A stretch of 64,000 nt of DNA from a virus. This document shows, piece after piece, positions 9,488-18,490 of this stretch. The stretch spans positions 12,786 to 76,785 of the IMG/VR virus record IMGVR_UViG_3300005095_000173; one strand, written 5' to 3'. The notes under the pieces are model-generated. The model was given only the letters and a program-made list of their open reading frames with translations, made no database searches and was not told the DNA's origin. Made by a program: the position numbers and the translations under genes. Each line of letters opens with the position of its first letter. The first letter of the stretch is position 1.

Positions 9488-10073
9488 AAAGAATAATACT
9501 GTAACTACATATGATTACAAAAAAGACATTATTAAATATACAAAAGAATTTATTGATTATCTATTTGACGGGGTTAATGCAGACAAATTTAGCATTATGC
9601 ACCCGACTAATGTTGTTTATAAAACATTCAATGTTATTAGTCGAGGTCGTTACGAAATTCGCATTAAACGCGAAGACGGCACTGTTAGTAGTTATACTTA
9701 TAGCGCTGGTTATTTCTTTGTGGCACAATTATTTGTTCATGCATTTGCATTATCTATCGCTTCATTTGATGGGCTGGATTTTGTTAACGTTGAGCCTAAT
9801 AAAAGCATTGGGCTTGCAAAAACTATTTTCAAATTAGCTGGTGGTACTTCCCCTGACGATGTTATTATTTCCGCAGTTATGAAGTATTTGGATCATAAGA
9901 TTACAGAAGTAAATAAATTAGACTCGGAGGATACTAAGAAATTAGGAATTGAAATTCTTCAGCGAATTGACTTCCCTGTTCCAATTATGGAATTATACGG
10001 ATACGCATTATTTGGTTGTGACAAATATCTTATTAATTGCAGTTATTTCATCCCCGAACAAGGAGGTAACTAA
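9480..10073 (+). CDS. hypothetical protein in amidoligase cluster
   Basis: GAGGAGG RBS, coupled ORF. Confidence 0.7.
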   Translation: MGKKNNTVTTYDYKKDIIKYTKEFIDYLFDGVNADKFSIMHPTNVVYKTFNVISRGRYEIRIKREDGTVSSYTYSAGYFFVAQLFVHAFALSIASFDGLDFVNVEPNKSIGLAKTIFKLAGGTSPDDVIISAVMKYLDHKITEVNKLDSEDTKKLGIEILQRIDFPVPIMELYGYALFGCDKYLINCSYFIPEQGGN

Positions 10074-10075
10074 TA

Positions 10076-10444
10076 ATGTTGTACTGCAAAAATTGTGACG
10101 TCCCCGTAAAAGCAAAGCTTATCATTGATGTCCACGATGTTGGGTTTTATCAGATTCGCAATTATAATCGTGCAGGAATTACTGTTTCTCCACGCCGTGC
10201 TTTTCAGGCGTGGTCTAATGGTAATTATAAAATTGAAATTGATGTTGACCAGCATCGTGGGCACAAATTAATTACTACTTGTTATGAATGCGGTCGCCAT
10301 ATTAATGTAACTATTACTTCCGACAATGTTGTTATTCCAGTTGGTGGTAAGATTATCCCGTCGAGTGGAGTATTTGTGTGTGAACGGTGCTTTAATAAAT
10401 ACTATGAAGGTATTAATTATGAGGATGAAGAAGATGAATTATAA
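10076..10444 (+). CDS. Zn-finger protein
   Basis: three CxxC pairs. Confidence 0.7.
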   Translation: MLYCKNCDVPVKAKLIIDVHDVGFYQIRNYNRAGITVSPRRAFQAWSNGNYKIEIDVDQHRGHKLITTCYECGRHINVTITSDNVVIPVGGKIIPSSGVFVCERCFNKYYEGINYEDEEDEL

Positions 10445-11202
10445 TGAATATTATTGGACAGGACAAAGCAAAAACAATTATTGAATCATTGATTAAATAT
10501 AATATTATTAATAATCGACTTACACATATATTATTGGTTGCTCCATCTGGGCACGGTAAAACACTACTTGGTAGATACACAGGAAAACTGTTATCTGCTG
10601 TTAAAAGAAAAAAGGTATTATATTTTAGCAGTGGTAGCATGTTTTACGATTATTTTACTAAAAACCCGCGGTATTCGTGGGAAAAATTTATTCTCTTTAT
10701 TGATGAGATACATACGTTACCACATGAGGAAGAAATTTTTCCTCTATTTGAAAAAACAGATATTATTGCTGCTACTAATATTATGGGGTTACCTGAAGCC
10801 CTAAAACAACGATTTAGAATTATAACACTTCAACGGTATAAAGATGAAGATTTAAAGAAGATTTTTAAATTGTATTATGGAAAAGATGTTGACGATGAAG
10901 TAGTTAATAGAATGATTAAACTAACAAGGGCACCAAGGTTATTAAAAGAATACGCACACTTTTATGCCGCATTAGGTGAAGATTTTTGGAAATTAATGGT
11001 AGCAGAAGACGGGCTTACCCAAGAAGAATTTGAGTATTTATCTGCACTAAAAATATTAGGTGGTATTGCTTCCTTTAATAGAATTAGGACATATCTTGGG
11101 TATTCTCCAAGATATGTTACAGAAATAGAAACGCGATTAGTAGCTAAAGGAAAAATTCAAATTACAAATCGTGGTAGGGAATTAGTTGAAATAGAAATAT
11201 AG
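10444..11202 (+). CDS. ruvB: RuvB-like AAA+ ATPase
   Basis: IIGQ N-terminus, Walker A APSGHGKT, Walker B LFIDEIH, AATN, RuvB-type C-terminal wHTH (DGL...IETRL...IQITNRGR). Confidence 0.75.
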   Translation: MNIIGQDKAKTIIESLIKYNIINNRLTHILLVAPSGHGKTLLGRYTGKLLSAVKRKKVLYFSSGSMFYDYFTKNPRYSWEKFILFIDEIHTLPHEEEIFPLFEKTDIIAATNIMGLPEALKQRFRIITLQRYKDEDLKKIFKLYYGKDVDDEVVNRMIKLTRAPRLLKEYAHFYAALGEDFWKLMVAEDGLTQEEFEYLSALKILGGIASFNRIRTYLGYSPRYVTEIETRLVAKGKIQITNRGRELVEIEI

Positions 11203-11215
11203 AGGAGGAAATAAT

Positions 11216-11929
11216 ATGCCTGGATTCAACGCAGATGTATTAGCAGTTATTAATGGAGGAATTGTATTAATGACAACTGGATGTCGTGAATCAATGGTGA
11301 CAATTACGGCTAATCACAAATATTTTGTATCTGACCAAATTAATGCTGTGTTTTATTTAGATAATGATCGATATGTTATTACAAAAAAGTGGTTTAATGA
11401 TCAAACTCTTTATCCTTGGAAGATAGATTTCTCACCAGTTCCAGGAGCAATGCGTATTAATTATGGTAAATCTGCTGGTGGTATTTATCAATTCTTAAAA
11501 TATTACATCAATTGGGATCGCTATAATTATAATAGTATTTCTCATTGGTCGGAAATATTTTACGAACTTGTGGGTGATATTCCTTGGGATTATAGTTTAG
11601 ATGATTCATGGGAATCTGAATTCGGAGAAAGGGATGACGTCTTTGATCGCGTTCAGATGGCGATTTATGAAACAATGTTTACATATGCACTTACTGAACT
11701 GCATATTAATCCATTTACTAATTATAATTCTTTAAAGTATGGTAGTTATTATGCTTGCAATAGTATTTATAAACCGTGGAGTGAATTTCTTGGAGAAGAA
11801 AAACTGAAAAATCTCTACAATACACTTATTGAAGAATATGAAGATTATGAAGATTTCATTACTGCTGCGATTGAACCAATTATTAATACACGAGCATGCG
11901 TATTAGTGTCTGAAAACAAGAGGTGGTAA
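11216..11929 (+). CDS. hypothetical protein (GCR-motif paralog 1)
   Basis: TGCRES, INWDRY, NPFTNY shared with next gene. Confidence 0.75.
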   Translation: MPGFNADVLAVINGGIVLMTTGCRESMVTITANHKYFVSDQINAVFYLDNDRYVITKKWFNDQTLYPWKIDFSPVPGAMRINYGKSAGGIYQFLKYYINWDRYNYNSISHWSEIFYELVGDIPWDYSLDDSWESEFGERDDVFDRVQMAIYETMFTYALTELHINPFTNYNSLKYGSYYACNSIYKPWSEFLGEEKLKNLYNTLIEEYEDYEDFITAAIEPIINTRACVLVSENKRW

Positions 11930-11930
11930 A

Positions 11931-12701
11931 ATGCTGAAATTGAACGTGAATGGAGCCCAATTCTTTTATACCTCTGGATGCCGAGATTCATTGACTAAAG
12001 ATCTCGGTGTTAGAGAATTAGCAGGAAAACAAGAAGGGATTGCAGTTATTACAAATATATCAAGATATTTCGGTGTATACATTCCTCTTATTAAAATCAG
12101 GTATTCGGATTCACCTACAATTACACGCGTTCGCCATCTTGGGAATGATGACCGTGGAGAACACGTGGTTACATTTAATTACTCATCTCGTGCTGGACTA
12201 TTGAAAATGTTTAAGTGGCTTACAAATAAAGATCGTTATGGAAATTATATTGAAGATTATAACCCAGAATTCCATACTATGCTATATTATAGAAAGCAAA
12301 TGGAGTATATTACGGAAGCGGTTGAAACTGCTAACGAAGCATATGATATTAGTGCATTAGTCAATGATTATGCTATTAGATTCCACTTTGGAGAAGTGGA
12401 CACAGTTATTACCAGAATGAAAACGGTTTTACTTGAAACTTTATTTGACTATCTACTGTTTTATTTAAATAAAAATCCATTCACTAACTTTACTGATAAT
12501 TATTTTTATACTGCAAAATATTTTATCCACCATAATCTACATACTTCTTGGGAAGAATTTACTGGTAAAGACGAGTTTAAAAAGTTCGTTCAGATTACTG
12601 AACAAGAAACCCCTCCTGAACTCAAGCAACATTTTAATCGTGCAATTGATTATTATATTAGGGATAAGTATGTCCTTCGGAAAGGAGAAGAAGAGTGGTA
12701 G
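11931..12701 (+). CDS. hypothetical protein (GCR-motif paralog 2)
   Basis: SGCRDS, TNKDRY, NPFTNF. Confidence 0.75.
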   Translation: MLKLNVNGAQFFYTSGCRDSLTKDLGVRELAGKQEGIAVITNISRYFGVYIPLIKIRYSDSPTITRVRHLGNDDRGEHVVTFNYSSRAGLLKMFKWLTNKDRYGNYIEDYNPEFHTMLYYRKQMEYITEAVETANEAYDISALVNDYAIRFHFGEVDTVITRMKTVLLETLFDYLLFYLNKNPFTNFTDNYFYTAKYFIHHNLHTSWEEFTGKDEFKKFVQITEQETPPELKQHFNRAIDYYIRDKYVLRKGEEEW

Positions 12702-13282
12702 ATATTTTTGTAACACCAGGTGCGTTCTATCAATCTATTATTGATAAAGTAATTATTAGTGGCAATGAAGTTGCTGAAGATTATACTGAGGCAGATATGA
12801 TTATTTTCTCTGGAGGTGAAGATATTTCACCATCTATTTATAACGAAGAGAACCGACACTCTTATTTTAATCCAGAGCGCGACATGTATGAAATTAATGT
12901 GTACAAGCACGCAATTAGTAACGGGCTTCCGATGTTAGGTATTTGTCGTGGGCATCAATTACTGTTAGCATTAAATGGTGCAAAATTAGTACAAGATATT
13001 TCAATTGAACTTGGGTTTAGTCACCCAGGATTTCATAAAATTGAAGTAGAAAAGCTTAATAGTATCATTCCTGTATATGTTAATTCACTTCATCATCAGG
13101 GAGTATTAGTTAAAGACATTCCAGATACTTTTGAATTAGTTGCTTATGAGCCAAATACTATGATTGCTGAAGCTACTTACAATGAAACGCTTGGAATCTT
13201 TACAGTGCAATTCCATCCAGAAATTCTTAGCGACGATACATTTATTAATATCATTCACTTTTTGGAGGATAACCATGAGTAG
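12695..13282 (+). CDS. class I glutamine amidotransferase / peptidase C26 (PuuD-like)
   Basis: SGGEDI, GICRGHQ nucleophile elbow, VNSLHHQ, QFHPE. Confidence 0.9.
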   Translation: MVDIFVTPGAFYQSIIDKVIISGNEVAEDYTEADMIIFSGGEDISPSIYNEENRHSYFNPERDMYEINVYKHAISNGLPMLGICRGHQLLLALNGAKLVQDISIELGFSHPGFHKIEVEKLNSIIPVYVNSLHHQGVLVKDIPDTFELVAYEPNTMIAEATYNETLGIFTVQFHPEILSDDTFINIIHFLEDNHE

Positions 13283-13940
13283 CCCGTTTGAAGTCGAAGT
13301 ATTCAGTAAAAAAGAAGACCGAACATTCTATCGTGATTCCTTGGGATGCCGAACTGTAGGTATTCCAGGGTGTGAAGGCTGTACTATTGATACTCTTACT
13401 ATTTCAAACAGTAAACGAATTAGCTCAACGGAGCTTATTGTCGCTAAAATTAAGGCATCATTTTATTCTGGATTATTTGATAATATTGGGGTATCTTCAG
13501 ATGGAAATTGGATTGAATTAAAGTTTAAACCAGATCTTCCTGTACTTACAGTTAAACCTTTGATTACATTTATTCGCGTATATATTTATGGGCATGAAGA
13601 TATTATTCCATACATTCGAGAGCTATTTTACCATCGTGGGATTAAGCGAGATTCGTGGGTGTTTTTACCCACTGGGGCTTCTGGCAATGGCAGCGAGCAA
13701 TTTGCATTATATTTTTATGAGTGGGAAATGTTTAAAAACCCAGATTATTTCTTTGAATTTATTGATCACGCAAGGAACAAATGTATTGGATGTAATAATT
13801 ATTCCATGATTAAATTTCCTAAAATTAGTAATCTTGACGATGAACTGGAAACCTATCGAAAATTAACTCGTCGGAGAAAGAATTCTTTTTATGATGTTGT
13901 AACGGCAGTTTACAAATATCAATACAACGGAGAGTGGTAA
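13275..13940 (+). CDS. hypothetical protein (N-terminal GCR motif)
   Basis: GGAGG RBS before ATG 13275; DSLGCRT. Confidence 0.65.
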   Translation: MSSPFEVEVFSKKEDRTFYRDSLGCRTVGIPGCEGCTIDTLTISNSKRISSTELIVAKIKASFYSGLFDNIGVSSDGNWIELKFKPDLPVLTVKPLITFIRVYIYGHEDIIPYIRELFYHRGIKRDSWVFLPTGASGNGSEQFALYFYEWEMFKNPDYFFEFIDHARNKCIGCNNYSMIKFPKISNLDDELETYRKLTRRRKNSFYDVVTAVYKYQYNGEW

Positions 13941-13941
13941 A

Positions 13942-16158
13942 ATGCGACATCTGTTTCTTCTTGCTGGAGAACCTGCTGTTGGAAAATCTTCTTGGATTAA
14001 AGAAAACGCACTTGAGACTTTTACACTTTCAGCTGATCAAATTCGATTAATGATGGAAGGGCCGCGAGTAAGTCCTGATGGTGGCCGTTATATTTCCCAG
14101 AAGAATGATAAAAAAGTTTGGGAATTATTAATAAGTATTTTAGAAGAACGAATGAAACGTGGAGAAACTGTATTCATTGACGCAACGCATTCTCGCGCTC
14201 GTTCTATTAATCGTTATCGTAAATTAGCTAAAAAATATCGTTATCGAGTAACAGTTATTAACTTTCATGGGCGTAAAACTATTGATCAACTACTTGAAGA
14301 TAATAATACACGTGGTTACCGAGCCGTTCCTGAAAAGGTTATTTATAATATTTATCACCGACTAGAAACAATGGAGTTTCCTGGTTGGGTAAATGTAATT
14401 ACTCCAGAAGAATATAATGACGATATTAGACACGACTGGACCGATAGATTCGATCATATTGCTGTTATTGGTGATATTCATGGAAATTATTATACTCTAC
14501 TTAAACTTATAGAACAAATGCAAAAAGAACTCACAGGGGAAACCGCATGGGTGTTTCTTGGTGATTATTTTGATCGTGGAAAATTTAATGCTGAAGTCTT
14601 CAGATTTATGCAAAAATTTATTGATAATAACTTTGTTATTCCTTTGACTGGTAACCATGATTTTAAATGGTTACCCAGGTATGAGGAGTTTATTAATGGA
14701 AAGTTTGAAGGTCGTCGTCCCCCGCAACACACTGTAAATACTTTTATCCAATTCAAAAAAGCTGGGATTACTGTAAAAGAAGTAAAGAATTTTTATAATA
14801 AATTGGCACAATTAGTATTTGTTAAATTTGGAAGGGACTATTATGTTATGACTCATGGAGGTATTCCTATTCTTCCTTCTATTTATAGTACTACTGAAGA
14901 CTTTATTTTTGGTGTAGGTACTTATGAAGATTCTGAATTAGTTGATGAAACCTTTTCTGAAAAGTGGAACAGCAAATATCTTGATTATTGTTTCTTTAGT
15001 ATCCACGGGCACCGTAATATTTTTGGTGTTGATATTCATAATACTAAGTTTACTTATAATCTTAATGGAGATGCGGAATATTTAGGTGGAGAACTTCGTG
15101 GTATTATTATTCATAAGCACGGTACCATTAACGAATTTCGTCAGAAAGGACTAAATCCAATGTACGCAAGTAAGAAAAGAAAGTCCAACGAAGAGATTAC
15201 TATTGATAATATATTAGATAAAATGACAGAACACAACTTCGTTAAAGTGAAGGATCTTGGAAACAATACTTATGCTATTAATTTTACCAACAAAGCATTT
15301 AGGAAAAAGAAGTGGGACGACCTTACTGTTAAAGCGCGTGGTTTGTTTATTGCCAAAGACGAAAATGGCAATAATTTTGTATTAGCACGTAGCTATGAAA
15401 AGTTTTTCAATCTTAATGAACGAGAAGAGACCAAGCAGCGTAACCTTGTATTAGCAGAATACCCCGCCGTTGCTTATAAAAAATATAATGGTTTCCTTGG
15501 ATTACTTTCTGTTGATCCACGAACAAATGAATTTTTTATCACTACAAAAGGTAGCAACAAGGGTGACTATGTTGATATGTTTAAGGAAGTTATCTCTCCG
15601 TATCTAACTGATGAGTTAAAGAATTTCTTATCTAAATCGAACACTACTATGGTATTTGAAGTTATACATAAAAACGATCCTCACATTGTTGATTATGGTG
15701 GAAACAATTTTGTTGTACTTCTTGATATTGTCTTTAATGAATTAAAAGAACGAAAATTTAAGTACAGTAATCTTGTTGGTATTGGAAAGAAGTTTGGATT
15801 TAATGTAAAAGAAATTTATTCAGAAATCAACTCTTATGATGAATTAGTAAATCTTATTGATGAGTTACATAGTTTTGATATTATGACTAATGAAGGTATC
15901 GAAGGCGTTGTGGTAGAATTTACTGATGGATTCAAAGTAAAAATTAAAAGTAACTGGTATATTTTCTGGAAAATCTGGCGTGGTCGAAGATACTTCATTG
16001 ATAAGCTTAATGGAGACAAAGGTAAAATTAACCAGTTTAAAGAATCTTTACACTCAGGTGAGGATTTTATTGTGTTGGACTTTATGCTTAATGCAGACAT
16101 TGATTTGAAAGAGACGGATATTATTTCCATTCGTAAAATGATACTTGAGGAAATATAG
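13942..16158 (+). CDS. polynucleotide kinase-phosphoesterase-RNA ligase fusion (Pnkp/Rnl1-type)
   Basis: P-loop GEPAVGKS plus IDAT kinase; GDIHG/GDYFDRG/GNHD/HGH metallophosphoesterase; ARGL, YEKFFN, KYNG, EGVV, KIK ligase motifs. Confidence 0.9.
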   Translation: MRHLFLLAGEPAVGKSSWIKENALETFTLSADQIRLMMEGPRVSPDGGRYISQKNDKKVWELLISILEERMKRGETVFIDATHSRARSINRYRKLAKKYRYRVTVINFHGRKTIDQLLEDNNTRGYRAVPEKVIYNIYHRLETMEFPGWVNVITPEEYNDDIRHDWTDRFDHIAVIGDIHGNYYTLLKLIEQMQKELTGETAWVFLGDYFDRGKFNAEVFRFMQKFIDNNFVIPLTGNHDFKWLPRYEEFINGKFEGRRPPQHTVNTFIQFKKAGITVKEVKNFYNKLAQLVFVKFGRDYYVMTHGGIPILPSIYSTTEDFIFGVGTYEDSELVDETFSEKWNSKYLDYCFFSIHGHRNIFGVDIHNTKFTYNLNGDAEYLGGELRGIIIHKHGTINEFRQKGLNPMYASKKRKSNEEITIDNILDKMTEHNFVKVKDLGNNTYAINFTNKAFRKKKWDDLTVKARGLFIAKDENGNNFVLARSYEKFFNLNEREETKQRNLVLAEYPAVAYKKYNGFLGLLSVDPRTNEFFITTKGSNKGDYVDMFKEVISPYLTDELKNFLSKSNTTMVFEVIHKNDPHIVDYGGNNFVVLLDIVFNELKERKFKYSNLVGIGKKFGFNVKEIYSEINSYDELVNLIDELHSFDIMTNEGIEGVVVEFTDGFKVKIKSNWYIFWKIWRGRRYFIDKLNGDKGKINQFKESLHSGEDFIVLDFMLNADIDLKETDIISIRKMILEEI

Positions 16159-16159
16159 C

Positions 16160-16348
16160 ATGTTTTGTATCTTAATATTTCTACTTCTTGTAATATATTT
16201 TCTTACATTTGCTATTAATTTGACTATAGAAATTATTAGTAGTAAGAAATATGTGGACTTAATTACAACAGTTCCTCTTTATGCCATTGCAATTTATATC
16301 TTCTATAGTATGGTTACACACTGGAATGAAATTATTTATATGCACTAA
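16160..16348 (+). CDS. small membrane protein (paralog of next)
   Basis: INLTIE.IS.K.YV...T.PLYAIA shared. Confidence 0.6.
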   Translation: MFCILIFLLLVIYFLTFAINLTIEIISSKKYVDLITTVPLYAIAIYIFYSMVTHWNEIIYMH

Positions 16349-16362
16349 GAGGAGCGATAAAT

Positions 16363-16560
16363 ATGCTACTAGATTTGATTCTATTCTTTTTTGCTATTTA
16401 TATTATAATATTGACAATTAATTTAACAATAGAACTTATTTCAAAAAAACAATATGTGTATATAATTGCGACAATCCCATTGTATGCTATTGCTGTTTAT
16501 ATTATTTATCATATAATTATCTATTACAATGTATTAAGTAAAATCATTTACCTATTCTAA
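16363..16560 (+). CDS. small membrane protein (paralog of previous)
   Basis: GAGGAG RBS; same motif. Confidence 0.6.
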   Translation: MLLDLILFFFAIYIIILTINLTIELISKKQYVYIIATIPLYAIAVYIIYHIIIYYNVLSKIIYLF

Positions 16561-16574
16561 AGGAGATATATATA

Positions 16575-16931
16575 ATGAAAATCAAAGAAGAAATCTGTCC
16601 AATTTGTGGAGAAACGAATTACATTAAAATCTCTGGTACTGAACTTATCGAAAATTTAGTGTGTAAACACTTTACTGGCGCAACAATTTCAACAAAATTT
16701 ATTAAAGGCGGTACAGCATTAGTCACAACAGTGAAAATGGATTTTAATTACACCCATGAAGAACAAAAGCTTTACATTTTATATAAAGCCATTAAAGATC
16801 TTATTGTTATTAAAGATGTTGATTATTGTCCTGTATGTGGAGAGCATTTACCAAATCACAAACATAACTGCTTTCTTAAAGAATTAGATTGTACATTTAA
16901 ACTTGTAAATGAAAGGAGTAAACATGTCTGA
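16575..16931 (+). CDS. Zn-ribbon hypothetical protein
   Basis: CPICG, CKH, CPVCG...HxxxC. Confidence 0.65.
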   Translation: MKIKEEICPICGETNYIKISGTELIENLVCKHFTGATISTKFIKGGTALVTTVKMDFNYTHEEQKLYILYKAIKDLIVIKDVDYCPVCGEHLPNHKHNCFLKELDCTFKLVNERSKHV

Positions 16932-17061
16932 TAAAATCATGGATCCAAATAATGAAGAGGAATATTATTGGGATGAAGATCTTGACTTAGACGAACTCAT
17001 TGAGGAAACTCTTGGAGGAAGTAATGACTACAGTTTTAGTGAAGAACAAATCTACGAATAA
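16924..17061 (+). CDS. 45-aa highly acidic peptide (not in ORF track)
   Basis: AAGGAG RBS; MSDKIMDPNNEEEYYWDEDLDLDELIEETLGGSNDYSFSEEQIYE. Confidence 0.55.
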   Translation: MSDKIMDPNNEEEYYWDEDLDLDELIEETLGGSNDYSFSEEQIYE

Positions 17062-17215
17062 AATTGAATACGTTTTTTCGGAGGTATATCGAGCCAGCTG
17101 TATATATAACCCACGAACATTTACTACTAATGTTATAGTTATAGATAAATTTGGGAAAATATCTGATATTAATCTTGATGGTGAATATGTCATTGAAGTT
17201 GTAGGAAAGGAGTAG
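17024..17215 (+). CDS. hypothetical protein
   Basis: GGAGG RBS before ATG 17024. Confidence 0.55.
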   Translation: MTTVLVKNKSTNKIEYVFSEVYRASCIYNPRTFTTNVIVIDKFGKISDINLDGEYVIEVVGKE

Positions 17216-17220
17216 ATAAC

Positions 17221-17460
17221 ATGATTGTTGTAATCAAATGCAAAAGAGAAGACCGAAAAGAAGGTTATGAATCCAAAATTGCAATTAGTGATGTGAGCCG
17301 TGTCTCACGTAAAGTTAAAAAGACGGAAACAGTTACAGATGGTTGGACTGTAGTTGATTATACAACTATCTTTGAAATTTATTATAATGAAGAAAGTGAA
17401 AGTAGTTACGAAAAATTTAAATTTAATGATTATTGTATTTTTGAGGTACTGCCAGAATGA
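17221..17460 (+). CDS. hypothetical protein
   Basis: AAGGAG RBS. Confidence 0.6.
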   Translation: MIVVIKCKREDRKEGYESKIAISDVSRVSRKVKKTETVTDGWTVVDYTTIFEIYYNEESESSYEKFKFNDYCIFEVLPE

Positions 17461-17657
17461 ATGTTGACATCTTAAATTTTGCAATTAGCACCTTACTTGT
17501 TTCTACTGCGGTCACAATTGTCCTAATTATTAAAAGTAAAAACTATTTTGATACTATAGAAATTATTTTTGTAATTATGTTAAGTGTTATTATTGGAGTG
17601 TTTATTGGTATCAGTTGCCTGTTAATTTACATTGTCCAGCAACTACTTTGCGTATAA
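17457..17657 (+). CDS. small membrane protein
   Basis: two TM segments, ATGA overlap. Confidence 0.55.
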   Translation: MNVDILNFAISTLLVSTAVTIVLIIKSKNYFDTIEIIFVIMLSVIIGVFIGISCLLIYIVQQLLCV

Positions 17658-17668
17658 GGAGGAATAAA

Positions 17669-17959
17669 ATGTATTTTGGATTTTCTATTCTTGACTCCAA
17701 TATTAGTAGACGAACAGATAATAAAGAAAATTATTTTGGATTTTGGTTAGCTATTCTTGATGTATTCTTTGGAGATACATCATTAAGTTTGTTCTCCATT
17801 CACATTGAGAAAGACTGGGTTAACTTGTCTATTTTTATTCGGTTCTTGTTTATTTTCATGATAACTAATAAACCAAAAGACGAAGCCTATTTAGAAAAAA
17901 GTTTGATTAATTTTTATAATGTATTTGGAAAACAATATGGTGTTGAAGAAAAGGACTAG
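17669..17959 (+). CDS. hypothetical protein
   Basis: AGGAGG RBS before ATG 17669. Confidence 0.6.
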   Translation: MYFGFSILDSNISRRTDNKENYFGFWLAILDVFFGDTSLSLFSIHIEKDWVNLSIFIRFLFIFMITNKPKDEAYLEKSLINFYNVFGKQYGVEEKD

Positions 17960-17964
17960 ATAAG

Positions 17965-18231
17965 ATGTTTATATGTAAAAACTGCGGAAGAGAGTTGTCA
18001 TTAAAGGTAGTAGCAGAATACACTCCATTTACAAAAGCACAGTTTTTACAATCTATAAAAGAAGGGGACTTTTCAACAATTATGAGTGAAAGCGATGATT
18101 ATGTCTTAGTAACCTGCTATGCCTGTGGACACCCTGCTTTATCTAAAAAAGATTATAAATTGCTAAACGAGTATTTTACTATTATAGGTAATTACTTTCC
18201 TTCAGACAAAGAAATTGAAGTTAAAAACTGA
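17965..18231 (+). CDS. Zn-ribbon protein
   Basis: CKNCG...CYACG. Confidence 0.6.
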   Translation: MFICKNCGRELSLKVVAEYTPFTKAQFLQSIKEGDFSTIMSESDDYVLVTCYACGHPALSKKDYKLLNEYFTIIGNYFPSDKEIEVKN

Positions 18232-18232
18232 T

Positions 18233-18424
18233 ATGGAGAAACAGATATACAGGTTACTTGCGGAATTAGAGCAAGACAAAAAACTTTTAGAATTTTTCAG
18301 AACTAATTTACAAGAGTATATAAATCCATTAGATGGTAATATTGATATATGGACTTTTATTAGTGATATTGACAATAACTCAATTAATTTAGAGGAAATA
18401 TTAGAGTTATTAACGAAAATTTAG
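18233..18424 (+). CDS. hypothetical protein
   Basis: last ORF before the convergent terminator. Confidence 0.5.
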   Translation: MEKQIYRLLAELEQDKKLLEFFRTNLQEYINPLDGNIDIWTFISDIDNNSINLEEILELLTKI

Positions 18425-18443
18425 AGACATCAACAGAACAAAC

Positions 18444-18479
18444 AAAGCCCCTACCTAAATTGGTAGGGGCTTTTTTATT
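18444..18479. terminator. bidirectional terminator between convergent blocks
   Basis: AAAGCCCCTACC/GGTAGGGGCTTT stem flanked by A- and T-tracts. Confidence 0.85.
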
Positions 18480-18490
18480 TAATTACGCAT

